From positions 71,858,001 to 71,922,000 of the forward strand of contig OX597820.1 of the NCBI GenBank assembly GCA_951406725.2: 64,000 bases of DNA. Reading direction: 5' to 3'. This DNA is from Octopus vulgaris. Taxonomy: Eukaryota. The notes beneath the pieces are model-generated. The model did not search any database. It worked only from the letters and a program-made list of their open reading frames with translations, and was not told where the DNA came from. Within the stretch, counting starts at the first letter, position 1. Each line of letters opens with the position of its first letter. Position numbers and translations under genes: made by a program. This document shows, piece after piece, positions 52,166-64,000 of this stretch.

Positions 52166-52939
52166 TTGGCTGTTAATAATAACATCATATTCTGTACTGC
52201 AGAAAACTGTATATGTAAGTAAGTCTTTTTAGCAAAGCAAATTCCTTCAAAGAGCTCTTGGATATTTTAGTTGCCTGAAAGAAAGGTTTTTAAACCTAAA
52301 AAAAAAACAAAAAACAAATGAAAGTGAATTTAGCTGGAGTGTTTTTGGTCATGACCTGAACATAAATAGAGCAAGTGGATTTTCTTTTTTTTTTTTCCTC
52401 CTTTTTTTCTTTTCTTTTTTGTTAGTCTATAAGAAAAGTATCATAAAGAAATCAATACTTTATGAGCAATGTTACCAGGCAAATGTTGATGTTGTGTTTT
52501 TGATTGAACCATCACTTCTAGCACTCTAACTGCCTGAAGTAACAGACAAAATATGCAATCTAGTTCTGAAGGTTATTGTCTGAAGTAATGCTTCATATCA
52601 ATGCTGCAGGTAAATTCTATTTTTTAGTTAACTTGACCTAAACGGCTACAGTGTAAGTCTAGTGTTTATTACTCTTATCATCACTAGTTCAGCATCTGTT
52701 TTTGAATAGACAAGTTTACATGACTCTTCCATTACTCTATTTCTGTAAAACTATGAGCATTAGTTTCAATTACTTTTAAAAACTATGAAGAATTTAGTAA
52801 AATAACTTGTCATTTTTAAGATGGTGTTTGGTACATATATTAACATGAAATCTTTTGAAAACAGGAAGTTTGTATCAGAACCAGAGGTGGTATCCAAAGG
52901 GGTAATCATATCGGATTCCATTAAAAAAATTAATAACAG

Positions 52940-53100
52940 GTGCAGGTGTTGCTGAGTGGTAAGATACTTGCTTCCCAACCACATGGTTCTGGGTTCAATC
53001 CCACTGTGCTGCACCTTGGGCAAGTGTCTTCTACTATAGCCCTGAGCTGATCAAAGCTTTGTGAGTGGATTTGGTAGACAGCAACTGAAAGAAGTTCATC
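52940..53100 (+). mobile_element. SINE family B 5' half
   Basis: gcaggtgttgctgagtggtaag..gggttcaatcccactg..caccttgggcaagtgtcttc. Confidence 0.85.
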
Positions 53101-53134
<34 letters not shown>

Positions 53135-53149
53135 ATATATATATACAAA

Positions 53150-53368
53150 CAGTAATCCCTCGACTATTGTGGGTGTTACATTCCAAAACACCCCGGGTTA
53201 GATAAAAATCCATGAAGTAGAAACAGTAATGTACTATATGTTCTTTTTTATCATTTTTATAATTTGTATATATTTTATTATAAATGCAACACAACACCAC
53301 GGAGGATTTGATGTAAGCTTAAATAATAAACCACAATAAGTGAACTGCAATATGGCAAGGAATTACTA
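53150..53368. mobile_element. pogo/Tigger-type MITE
   Basis: Imperfect TIRs cagtaatccctcg and caaggaattacta, set in TA-rich flanks. Confidence 0.65.
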
Positions 53369-53370
53369 TA

Positions 53371-53415
<45 letters not shown>

Positions 53416-53899
53416 ACATATGTATATATATCTATGTGTGTATGTCTTTGCTTACACTGTTACTCATGCACACTGACATTGCACATCCAGGGCAACATAT
53501 TAGAGTCATCTCTTTCAAGCCTTCACACGTTTTCTCTGGTCACAGCCCATGTTTCACTGCCATGAATAAAAAATATTTTTGGTTTTCCTCATGTCTTTTC
53601 AAAGTTTCAAAATAAAACATGAGTGAATGTTCTCATCTAGTTAAAGTTAGGTATTCCAAATTGTTGTTTCTTCTTTTCCACTCATCTGTAGCTGCACATT
53701 TTGACATTTTTACACCTCATTAGTTCAACTCATAAATGATTATATTTTTAGTGAATTTAAGTTAAAGCTAATTTCTTTGCAAAGTTACTGGCATACAGGA
53801 AGAAGGAAATGAAATTGAGGAGCTAACAACAGTAGTATTGTCCATCAAGATGGATGAGTTTAGTAAGATTTAAATGTTTTTTATGTTTTTCATATAGGC

Positions 53900-54600
53900 A
53901 GTTCATTCAAGCTAGTGATGTTTTGCTAGGTGAGAATGAAACCAGCATCTGCTGTGCTATGAAATTACTCTGCCAACAAATATTGGTTAACATAAAAGCA
54001 ACACCTGTTGTGAAAAATTCTATTACCAAATAGCTGTTGATTTTATCCTTACCAAGTAAAATTTCACCAATTTTAATTAATTTCCCCAGTGAAAAGTATT
54101 TAAATATCATTCAATGTGTTTCTTGAAGACAATGAGGTATAATTTTGGAGAGATCTAGCAACAATTTCTTTGGCTCATTTAAAAAAGATACTGGATACTG
54201 TTATAGTAGTGGTGACTGAGGAATAAGAGCAATAATGCATTTGTAAGCAAGTAGTTGCAGTGTGTTGACAATAGAATCTATACGAGTCAGCCGAATGGCT
54301 TTTTTAGGGGGATGCACTCTAGGATGTTTTGTGTGTGTTGCAATAGTACCATCTTATGTGTGAGCAAACTTCGATGAGAGTTGCCTTTGGGCCTGAGAGA
54401 AATGTCAAGATACACTGAGTATTGGCAAGTTTGTTAGGGTTATGGGTGGCTGTGGATGCTAGCAATTCAGAATAGCTAATTAATTGTTCTCTGATGTGAG
54501 AGGAGTTAAAGGTAGCCTCCAGAAATAATAACTTCAGAATGACTTGTGGTAAGAAAGAGGTTGCCAGCATATTATGAGGGATAGTTAAAGAACTGGTAGG
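53900..54600 (-). pseudogene. Highly decayed LINE RT fragment (CR1/L2/I-like)
   Basis: IPLKKP..SADSYR (compare the SYRPISL motif) is followed by KLIKIGEILLGKDKINSYL (compare KL..YGI...WI.SYL). Confidence 0.4.
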
Positions 54601-54834
54601 GTTTTGATGAGTTCAGAAATCCCTAAGGATAACCAATAAAACTGAAATGGATAAGAGAAATAGGGAACCAGAAAAATTATGCTTTTTGTTTTTGAAAATA
54701 TAATAAATCTGTTCCTTGCATCATACTTCACTTTCTCTCATCATCTCATTTAAATTCATTACTCTCTCCTAATTTTCTTTCCCTTGTGGGAACTCTTTAG
54801 GGTCTTTAGTCTCAAATTGATATGGTGACCTCAT

Positions 54835-55025
54835 TAGTGCTGGTGCCATGAATGAAAGTACTCAGTAAACTCAGTAAAGTGGTTGGCATTTGGAAGGGCG
54901 TCTAGCAATAGAAACCATACCTAAACTGAGATATTGGAGCAAAACATCATTCTCTCACTCATCAGATACTGTTGAACCATCCAAACCATGTCATCATAGA
55001 AAGTGGATGTAAAATGATGGTGAAG
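54835..55025 (+). mobile_element. RTE 3' UTR fragment (family C)
   Basis: gtggttggcatttggaagggcgtctagc..aaccatccaaaccatg. Confidence 0.7.
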
Positions 55026-56634
55026 CAGATGAGAGATTTGAATAATAAAGAGAGGAGATTCAATTAATCATGCTAGTATTGCCTTTCAGAGCAAAGATGG
55101 AATATAGAGTGTAACTTGGCTATCAGCAGCTGGTCTGAGATGCAGGATGAGAGATTTATATTAAAGAAAGAAATAAGTCCACTGAGTTTGAAACAGAAGA
55201 GGCTGATTTGTTATGTTATATGACATGGTCTTGTCTGCAATTTGAAATTGTTCCAGTTATTGAATTACTTTTATTATTTATTTATTTTTTAGAAGCAGTA
55301 TACATTCTGACAGAGTTTAAAATTTCAGTAAACATATTTGTATTTTAGGAAAGATTTAGTAACTATTACACCAAAGTATAGGAAGCACTGACTAGAATAT
55401 CATCAGAATATAAAGGATTTATTATACTTGGTGACTTCAGAAATGGAAAGTAGAGGTAGGTTTATAGGCAGTCAGTAGGGGTGGATAAGGTTATTGCACT
55501 TCAGTCAGGAGAGACAGCTGATAATAATAAACTAGCAATGTTATTTACTTTAGTTTTGTAATCTATAAAGAGAAGAGGTGTAAATTACATGTTAGACATG
55601 CAGTTTTAGTTATTGAATCATTTTGATGCCCCCTAATATTGGAAAATAGTTAGTTGTGTGTCATGACAGAAATAGTGGTATCAACTGTCACTGCACTGAA
55701 CAAGTTATTAAATTTGTTAAATAAAGGCTTTCAAACTAAAAAGAAGAGTGAGATATTTTATGCATAAAACTTTGCAACATGATAGGAGTGTGTTGAATGT
55801 GATAACAGATTTATTAGAAATAAATCTATAGAAGAAATAAATGGATTTTAGTGAACTAACAACTTACTAGTTGGAAACTAGCAAGAATAGAAGTACTTGT
55901 AAGATTAATATCCAGAAAGAATTTCCATAGTAAATTGAAAAGAGCTATAGAAGTAATATCACTGAGTTGCATTGGATTCAGAAATTCCCATTTATTTTGC
56001 AAAATTTTCTTTGAATTAAGAAGGTGCTGAATAAATGTAGTAGAAATAGGAAAGCTATTTAAACATGCTTCAGTCGAGTGTAGCAATATTTTATAGTAGA
56101 TACATAAGCTCCATGATAGATTTCGCTTTCTGGAGATTTATAAGTTGAAATGGTCAAATGTAGCTGATACTGATAACCATCAGAAGATTCTTTCTTGAAC
56201 TTATTAAAAATTAAGCATAAATTTTAAAAATTTATTAAAAGTAATATTAAATTTTTTTCTTTCCGTATTATTTAACTGCTTGAAATATAGATTAGACTTA
56301 TGTAATACTTATCAGTATTTTACATTTAATAAGAATTCTCTTCTTTCTTTTTCTGAACAGTCCACCAGAGATATTCTTCTGAGAATACTAAACATTTAAC
56401 AATATTGTTATCAAGTGAAAACATGATTCTGGTTATTAGTAAGAAAGCCATTCAACCTTAAAAACTTTGCTTCAGTTATATATGCACTCTAGCAACATAT
56501 TCATTTTTAAATCACCAGCATCCAATCCCTGTGGTAACAGTGGCAACCAAACTGACCTGTCTAACTTATGCACATATAACAAAAAAAAAAAAAATAGAAA
56601 AGGAGTCTTTAAAATGAGGCAGAGGAAGAAGAAT

Positions 56635-56720
56635 GGTGGTGGTGGTTGTGGTGGTGCTGGTGCTGGGTGGCAGCGGCGGCGGTGGTGGTGGTGGTGGTGG
56701 TGGTGGTGGTGGCGGTGTTG
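56635..56720 (+). repeat. (GGT/GGC)n microsatellite
   Basis: Source of the poly-P, poly-H and poly-W ORFs. Confidence 0.95.
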
Positions 56721-57489
56721 ACGGAGGCAGCAGCAATGCTGGTGGGAGCGATGGAAGAGAAGGAGATGGGAATGATTCACATATAATCATGTAATTTTCA
56801 GTTGCTATTCAATACTGATGTTGAAATCTTGGCATGTCTCATTATCAAGAATAGAACTAGCAAAGGTGTTAGCTATTAATAACCATTTTTCTTTAAATAA
56901 TTTTCAGCAAATTGCAGCTCAAAATATTTTGTATTTTATATTTTTATGTTCCTTTGAATTTAGGTTCCATGCTTTAACTAACTATATACATTACGCTGTA
57001 ATGTATATTTCAAGGAAATTTCATTTTCATGCTTAGACAATGTGCTTTGATGTACTTAGATTTTAATTTGTACCATTTCTGAATAACTTTGAACAATTTC
57101 ATCTGTGAAAGAAAGAGACTTTCTCTTAACATAGCATAAATTTGGAGAACATGATGGGTCACTTTAATTTTGTTTTTCTTTTAAGTGAATTGTCACAAAT
57201 GAAACTGTAAAGTAGATAGTATATAATATCTAGTTTTATGCCTCACAATCCTTCATTAAAATCTAGATAGGATTGATTTTAGCTTTTATCCATAGGACTT
57301 TGATTTAGTTGATTCTGCCCCATCTACAAAATTGGACTTCTAAATGTATAAGAAATAATGTCCAACCCATGCTTCACATCCAACCCATGCTAGCATGGAA
57401 AGCGGACGTTAAACGATGATGATGAATGTGGAAAATGTGTGATGTTGAATGAGGAAAATAAAGAACTGGCTATTTAGAATTGGTTTAAT

Positions 57490-57500
57490 TTTATTATTAT

Positions 57501-57553
<53 letters not shown>

Positions 57554-57575
57554 TTATTATTATTATTATCATTAT
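57490..57575 (+). repeat. Compound (ATT)(ACT)n(ATT) microsatellite
   Basis: Direct reading of the sequence. Confidence 0.95.
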
Positions 57576-58104
57576 CTCTCATATCATTATTTTTGTGCTG
57601 ACTTAATGAGGAGAAAGGAATCAGATTGTGAAGATTGGCAATATTTTCCCAAAATAGGAACTATTACATAGAAATGAATATGCTTGAAACTTTTTAAAAA
57701 TACAGAAGTAGAATAAAGAGAATGTATAAGGATTAGAATGTTGAATAATGAAAAATTGTTATTGTTGTTTAACATCAAGTCTTCAATGACTGACCAGATA
57801 TATAGCTGATGGTATTGCAGCCTTGATTACCCTTTCTTTTTCTTGAGTAGAGGCCACCGATGACCACTTTATCCGGTGAGTTCTTTATTTTAACATTGTA
57901 GGATATAAGCTGAAGACAATTTTGCTGCTACCTTTAGCAGCTTGAGTGACCATGTAGAAATTCTATCATATATAATGGTCTATCTGTCTGTTTGTCTCTC
58001 TATCTATCATCTTTCTGTCTATCTATCTATCTATTTTTCTATCTACCTATTTTTCAACCTATCTATCAATAAATGTATGTATGTATGTATGTACGTACGT
58101 GCAT

Positions 58105-58450
58105 GCAAACCTGGTTATGTGGTTAAGAATCTCATTTTGCAATCGTGGTTTCAGATTGAGTCCCACTGTCTGGCACTTTGGACAAGTGCCTTCTAATATG
58201 GCTCCAAGCTGACCAATGCTTTGTGAGTGAAATCCATCATATATCTAGTAGGTGTGTGTATGATTTGTATTCCCCCAACATCAACTGGTGCTAATTTGTT
58301 TACTTTGCTGTAACTTAGTAGTTTGGTAAAAGAGATTGACAGAACAAGTATGACACTCCAAATCATTTTGATTTGTTCAAGTAAACAGTTCAAAGTGGTG
58401 CCTCAGTTTGGCCACAGTCCTATGACTGAAATGAGTATATGATAAAAGGT
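58105..58450 (+). mobile_element. SINE family B copy (diverged)
   Basis: gtcccactg..ggcactttggacaagtgccttc..ttgtgagtg..ggccacagtcctatgactgaaa. Confidence 0.75.
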
Positions 58451-60597
58451 AAAAGATATAACTGACATGAAATACAAGAGCTCCACTGATAAAAAGCTAA
58501 CTTTATTATTCCTGCAGTGCAATTTTTCTCAATTAGTAGATTGAGCACCAAACTTTTTATGACAGTCATAAATATTACTAGTGCATGCTTCCTAGTCAGA
58601 ATTCTGGAATCTTCTCTAAAATATTGTTAGCTTGCTTTTCTCTTTTACTAAGAGATTTAATCTTTACTTGCAATATTAAACTATATGAGAGAACTATCTT
58701 GCAATAATTGACTGTTAATGCTTCTTTCATTGGGAAGTTCACAATTATAAGACAGAATAAATCAATTAATGAGGTATGGAATATTAAAAGCAAAGGATTC
58801 TCTTGGCTACAATTGATTTCATACAGATTGAACTTAGCGACCTTAAAAGAAGTTGAACAAAGGAATTAATTTAGAGAAAGTAAAAGAAATTTCATATGAG
58901 GAAACTAAAAATGAAAATGTAAGAGAAATCAGGGTGGGATTTTGTTTTGAGAGATATTTCATTAAAAAAAAGTGCATCTTGTATGTTATAAGATATGGTA
59001 AGATGTTCATGTCTTTGAAATTAATAAAATAAACATCAGATACAGTTGTGAGATTCAAAGATAGACTATAATATATTTTAATGGATTTTGTGAAACAAAA
59101 GTCTACCAGATTAATTTTCGCCAACAATAAGTAAAATTTTATAAAACCTGTAAAAGTAGGGTGTAGAAATATTTACATTTCAATTATTTGTAAGATCACA
59201 GTAATAGAAACTCATCAAATCTGTTAAATGTAAGTTTTGACCATAAAACGGTTTCTCTATGATTCTTTTGGAGACAGCCATAGCAGACTTTTTTCCCCAT
59301 TCTTTGTTGCTATTTAGATATGTCTCACCTTCCTCAAACCAAGCTTCATATATGAAAATTTCTGTTCCAATTAGCAATTATTTATGTTGTATTGATAGAT
59401 TACAACTCTTGTCTTAAAATTTCCAGTGTAAGTGTTATGAATGAGAAATTGCATTTGTTCACCTTAAACTGAACTACAAAAATCACCCAGGTAATAAAGA
59501 TGTAAGACAGTTTATAATGATATCTAACACAGCCATAGAATCAAATGTATGGGGTAGGAGAGTAACTGGTTAAAATGACTTCAATACTTGACTTGTTATT
59601 TATTTTTAACCCAAGAGGATGAAAGGTCATTCCTGTCAGTAACTGAACTCAGAATGTTATGGGAAATGACAAAATGCCACAAGGCAATTTCTCTATTGCC
59701 ATACAGATTCTTTCTATCAACAATGCAAAACAATTAGACTAAAGAACACATAATAAAGACTTTGGAAAGAATAACTTTAAACAACTAGCAGTAATTAAGC
59801 TGAATATGGAATACTTTTATTGTAATTTTCTGTCTATAGTAAAGTTATAATAAAGGTTAATTTATTTTCATAATTTTACTTTGTTTACTTAATAACTTGA
59901 ATTGGATTGATTAAATGTCTAAATGACTGAGATGAATTGTTATTAATACATGTACTACTTGTATAATTAATCACTTTTTTTTTTTAGTTATTTATATTTA
60001 TTTTTACATAAAGACAGCCATATTGAACCAAAGTCAATGCTGGGTTTACTGATTATTTTTCAGCAAAATCTCAATGCATGGCTTCTTTTGTTTTTTTCCT
60101 TAGTGTATACTGTATCTCTTTATTACTTATGGAAATTTCATTCCCTGAGGGAATATGTGATTTTCATTTTCATTTCTTTCTTTTTTTCTTTTTGTTGCAC
60201 AATGTGTCATCAGAGGATTGAAATGTCATGTCAATGTAAATATTAAAACATTTTTATCCATGAACAAGAGGTTAATACTCCAGAAAATATAATTGTATGA
60301 ACTGGATTGTTCTCAATACTGTAACAATCTTCAGCAACTTAAAGAGTTTTTATATATATGTGTATTTTATTTTTGTATTATAAGACCCTTTCTAATGCTA
60401 CCTGTGCAACTATGATGCAAAACTGACTTTTGTGCTCTGCTATGATGATATATATGAACTAAATAGTGTGTTTAAAAAAAATCCACATAATAACACCATC
60501 AGACAGTGGTCTACAGCTTTTTCAATTATGCTTTTTCAGCTCTTTTTCACACCGCTCTATAGACTCAAGTAATATAAACATAAAATTTCTTCTAATT

Positions 60598-60862
60598 TGA
60601 CTGGGCTCCCGTGCTGGTGGCATGTAAAAAGAACTATCTGAACATGATCAATGCCAGGCCTATCTGACTGGCTCCTGTGCTGGTGGCATGTAGAAAGCAC
60701 CCACTACACTCTCGGAGTGGTTGGTGTTAGGAAAGACATCCAGCTGTAGAAACATTGCCAGGTCAGATTGGAGCCTGGTGCAGCCACTGGTTCTCCAGAC
60801 CTCAGTCAAACTGTCCAACCGATGCCAGCATGGAAAATGGACGTTAAGCGATGATGATGATA
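60598..60862 (+). mobile_element. RTE 3' UTR fragment (family C)
   Basis: gtgctggtggcatgtaaaaag twice, cactacactctcggagtggttggtgttaggaa, and (GAT)n. Confidence 0.85.
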
Positions 60863-60954
60863 TATGTCACATCACCAATTTTGTTTTACTCCTGAACCAG
60901 CTAATACATCCAAACATCCTATACACTACTGATTCTCATAAACAAAACATTTAG

Positions 60955-61505
60955 ATGCTGCTGTGTGGTAAGAAGTTCGCTTCCCAACCACATTGTTCCA
61001 GGTTCACTCCCACTGTGTGGCACCTTGGGTTTGTGTCTTCTACTCTAGCCCTGGGCCAACCAAAGCCTTGTGAGTGGATTTAGTCAACAGAAATTGAAAG
61101 AAGCCCACTGTATATATATGCGTGTGTGTTTATGTTTTTTCCTTCACTACTGCTTGGCAAGTGATGTTGGTGTGTTTACTTAACAGTTCAACAAAAGGGA
61201 CTGATAGAATAAGTACCAGGCTTTAAAGAAAGAAAGAAATCTTAGGGTTGATTTGTTTAACTAAAATTCATCAAGATGGTGCCCCAGCATGGTCGCAGTC
61301 TAATAACTAATACAAGTAAAAGGTAAAATGCATCCACCATAGGTGTAGGCATAGCTGTGTGGTTAAAAAGTTTGTTTCCCAACCACATGATCACAAGTTC
61401 AGTCCCACTGCACAGCAACTTGGGCAGTTGGCATCTCCTGTAAGCCTAGGCTAACCAATGTCTTGTGAGTTGATTTGATTGACAGAAACTGAAAGAAACC
61501 CATTA
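60955..61505 (+). mobile_element. Two SINE family B copies (full 60955-61325; 5' half 61345-61505)
   Basis: gctgtgtggtaag..ttcccaaccaca..gtggcaccttggg.., with tail ccccagcatggtcgcagtc..aagtaaaagg. Confidence 0.85.
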
Positions 61506-61978
61506 TATATATATATATATAGGAACTTGTTGATCAAAAATATAACAAACATGAAGACTACTTTGGTCACCACCTGGTGCCATACTCTCTTTAGTACCAA
61601 CTGGTATCCTACATATAAACTTCCACCTCTGAAACATGGACCATACTTTTAAACCCACCATTGTAAACACAAACATGACATGTATTTATATGTAAACAAA
61701 ATAAGTACCACTGCCTGAATTTACCTTTCCTAAAAAATTTATCCTTAGAATAACTATACCTACCTTTCCACCACTGGACAAAATAACATGAATCTTGGAA
61801 GGCAACACTTTAAGTCTTTGACTTATTTCCCTTTCCTATACCTAATCCATTTTACTAAATTTTACTCCTCTCACACTCTAAGTCTTGCTCCTATTCTTAT
61901 GCCCTCTTCAATAAGAAAAATATACTGTACCTATTAGTAACTGACTTTTATATGTATCAGCTCTCCTAACAATTTAGA

Positions 61979-62103
61979 TCCTCTGATGAAGCCTAGAGAC
62001 ACACTCAACATCCAAACCCTATCTACCCATCCCTACAAAACACTGAAGAGATGGAGCTAGCATGGAGGATATTGTGACCTCTTGGTAGAAATGGCCATAA
62101 GGA
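61979..62103 (+). ncRNA. Type I hammerhead ribozyme with a ~98-nt extended stem II (family H3)
   Basis: tcct-CTGATGA-a-gcctagag...ctcttggt-a-GAAA-tggcca-TA-agga. Stem I is tcct/agga, stem III is the palindrome tggcca, and the long stem II includes caacatcc/ggatattg and ccatc/gatgg. Confidence 0.75.
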
Positions 62104-62170
62104 ACTGATCTTTTAATCTTTTACTCATTTATGTATTGCTATTATTACTATTACTAGTATATATATTTGT

Positions 62171-62380
62171 TATTTCTTTATTGCCCACAAGGGGCTAAAC
62201 ATAGAGAGAACCAACAAGGACAGACAAAGGGATTAAGTCGATTAGATCGACCCCAGTGTGTAACTGGAACCTATTTAATCAACCCCGAAAGGATGAAAGG
62301 CAAAGTCGACCTCGGTGGAATTTGAACTCAGAACGTAACGGCTGACAAAATACCGCTAAGCATTTCGCCCAGTGTAGCAC
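62171..62380 (-). mobile_element. Young SINE family A copy
   Basis: CpG-rich reverse complement of the full consensus including the tail. Confidence 0.9.
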
Positions 62381-62499
62381 ACCGTCTTTGCATGTGCAGC
62401 TATTGTTATAATATTCACTTTCGTTTTGGAATAAATAGACATAATAGAATGTCTACAAGCTGATGTATGTCATTCTTGTATCCCCTCCATTTTCTTTTT

Positions 62500-62885
62500 G
62501 CAGGAGTGGCTGTGTGGTAAGTAGCTTGTTTACCAACCACATGGTTCCGGGTTCAGTCCCACTGCGTGGCATCTTGGGCAAGTGTCTTCTACTATAGCCT
62601 TGGGCCGACCAAAGCCTTGTGAGTGGATTTGGTAGGCGGAAACTGAAAGAAGCCCGTTGTATGTATATATATGTGTGCGTGTATGTTTGTGTTTGTCCCC
62701 TTATCATTGCTTGACAACCGATGCTGGTGTGTTTATGTCCCCGTCACTTAGCGATTCAGCAAAAGAGACCGATAGAATAAGTACTGGGCTTACAAAGAAT
62801 AAGTCCCGGGGTCGAGTTGCTCGATTAAAGGCGGTGCTCCAGCATGGCCACAGTCAAATGACTGAAACAAGTAAAAGAGTAAAGA
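62500..62885 (+). mobile_element. Young full-length SINE family B (CORE-like)
   Basis: A box tggctgtgtggt, B box ggttcagtccc, CORE-like ggcatcttgggcaagtgtctt, and tail gactgaaacaagtaaaagag. Confidence 0.9.
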
Positions 62886-63665
62886 GATTATACGTGTGTG
62901 TGTGTGTGTGTATGAATGTGTGTTTTTTTTGTCTTGCCATCATGTGATAGTTGTAAATGAGCATCATACAAACTGTCATTCATTTCTAACATTCTGTGCA
63001 AATATTTCTGGCCATTGAAAAATATTACAGGTGGGAATTTTTGACAGGAATGGCATCTGGTCATAAAAGATTTGTCTCAATAAAGCCATCCAACCCATGC
63101 AAGTGGCAATGTTTGTACATTAAAACAGTGATAATGATGATCATCATCATTATATCCTACACTATTGATCTTTTACTCTTGAGAACTTCAAGCTTTCACT
63201 ATCAATTATCTCAAAACAAACTCAACTAAGGTGTTAGAATTTAAATTCAATTATTGTGTTGAAGTCTCATTATTGCATTAAATAATATTTGATTTCAGTA
63301 GGTAAACAGCTGGTTATTTCATTAAATTTTGTGTAATATTTTATTATTTTAGCTGCTAAAACACAGAGATTATGATCATTTTATAAATATAGTTACAAAT
63401 GGGTGAAATGCAAATAAAGTTACTGCTTTTGACACATGACAAACTTATGAATATTGCTGTTTATTTATTGGCACCCCCTAAATTTGAAACAACTTTTATC
63501 TGCATTATATGTTACTTGGCTTGTCACTTTAGAGCTTCTCTGTTAAAGCATGTACATTCTGAAGTACCATAGAGCTCAGTCATCTCTCATTTAATATTCA
63601 TCCTTTTGTATATTAATTTTCCTTTCACAGCTAACATTTCATTTGTGATGACAAATGTTTATAGA

Positions 63666-63737
63666 AAATCTTCCAGCAATTCCTTATACGAAATCTTCCA
63701 GCAATTCCTTATACGAAATCTTCCAGCAACTCCTCAC
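63666..63737 (+). repeat. 25-bp tandem repeat, about 2.8 copies
   Basis: aaatcttccagcaattccttatacg twice exactly, plus a partial third copy. Confidence 0.9.
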
Positions 63738-64000
63738 ATTTCTAATACATCACAAACATTGGTTTTGTCATGATCATACAGTAAACATGGTGCAAATACT
63801 TCAAATATCACAATATCGACCGGGCCATCAGATGTTATTATACACTGCTGGTCACAATGCACTCCCAAGTCTGTCTTGATTGTGCCATTTTTTTCTAGCT
63901 TGACTCAGACCTTCCAAGTAGCCTTTTCTGATCTCTTGTATACCACTTCACAACTGCATGGGTCCACCTGTTGTCTATGAACATTGCAACATGTCTGGCC

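Noticed and set aside
55340-55800. Possible decayed RTE RT on the plus strand (QNYKG-like motif)
   Set aside because: Only a single frameshifted motif.
56467-56790. Poly-P, poly-H and poly-W ORFs
   Set aside because: They come from the (GGT)n microsatellite.
62500-62575. tRNA-like A/B boxes here and in other SINE heads
   Set aside because: They are SINE heads with no complete cloverleaf, not tRNA genes.
63666-63737. CRISPR-like 25-bp repeat
   Set aside because: The units are contiguous with no spacers, and the context is eukaryotic.

Overview
This is AT-rich eukaryotic DNA that is either intronic or intergenic. The repeat content points to a coleoid cephalopod, most likely Octopus (inference): tRNA-derived CORE-like and Meta-like SINEs, RTE LINE 3' ends with (GAT)n tails, and dense microsatellites. 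No intact host protein-coding gene is supported. The ORF track is almost entirely microsatellite, SINE or decayed-transposon translation. Recognisable fossils include RTE LINEs (one with a PHD finger inserted in the RT), a Penelope-like RT, a mariner transposase end, a Ty3/gypsy integrase fragment held inside a Helentron-type element, hAT and pogo MITEs, and an LTR-like tandem pair. The most notable signal is a set of minimal type I hammerhead ribozymes at about 4.8, 37.4, 45.25 and 62.0 kb, belonging to at least three small non-coding element families. These elements are about 350-410 nt, circularly permuted or 5'-inverted, and two copies are flanked by 13-bp direct repeats (one exact, one decayed). 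They look like Penelope-associated, retrozyme-like elements. All calls were made by eye and coordinates of degenerate repeats are approximate.
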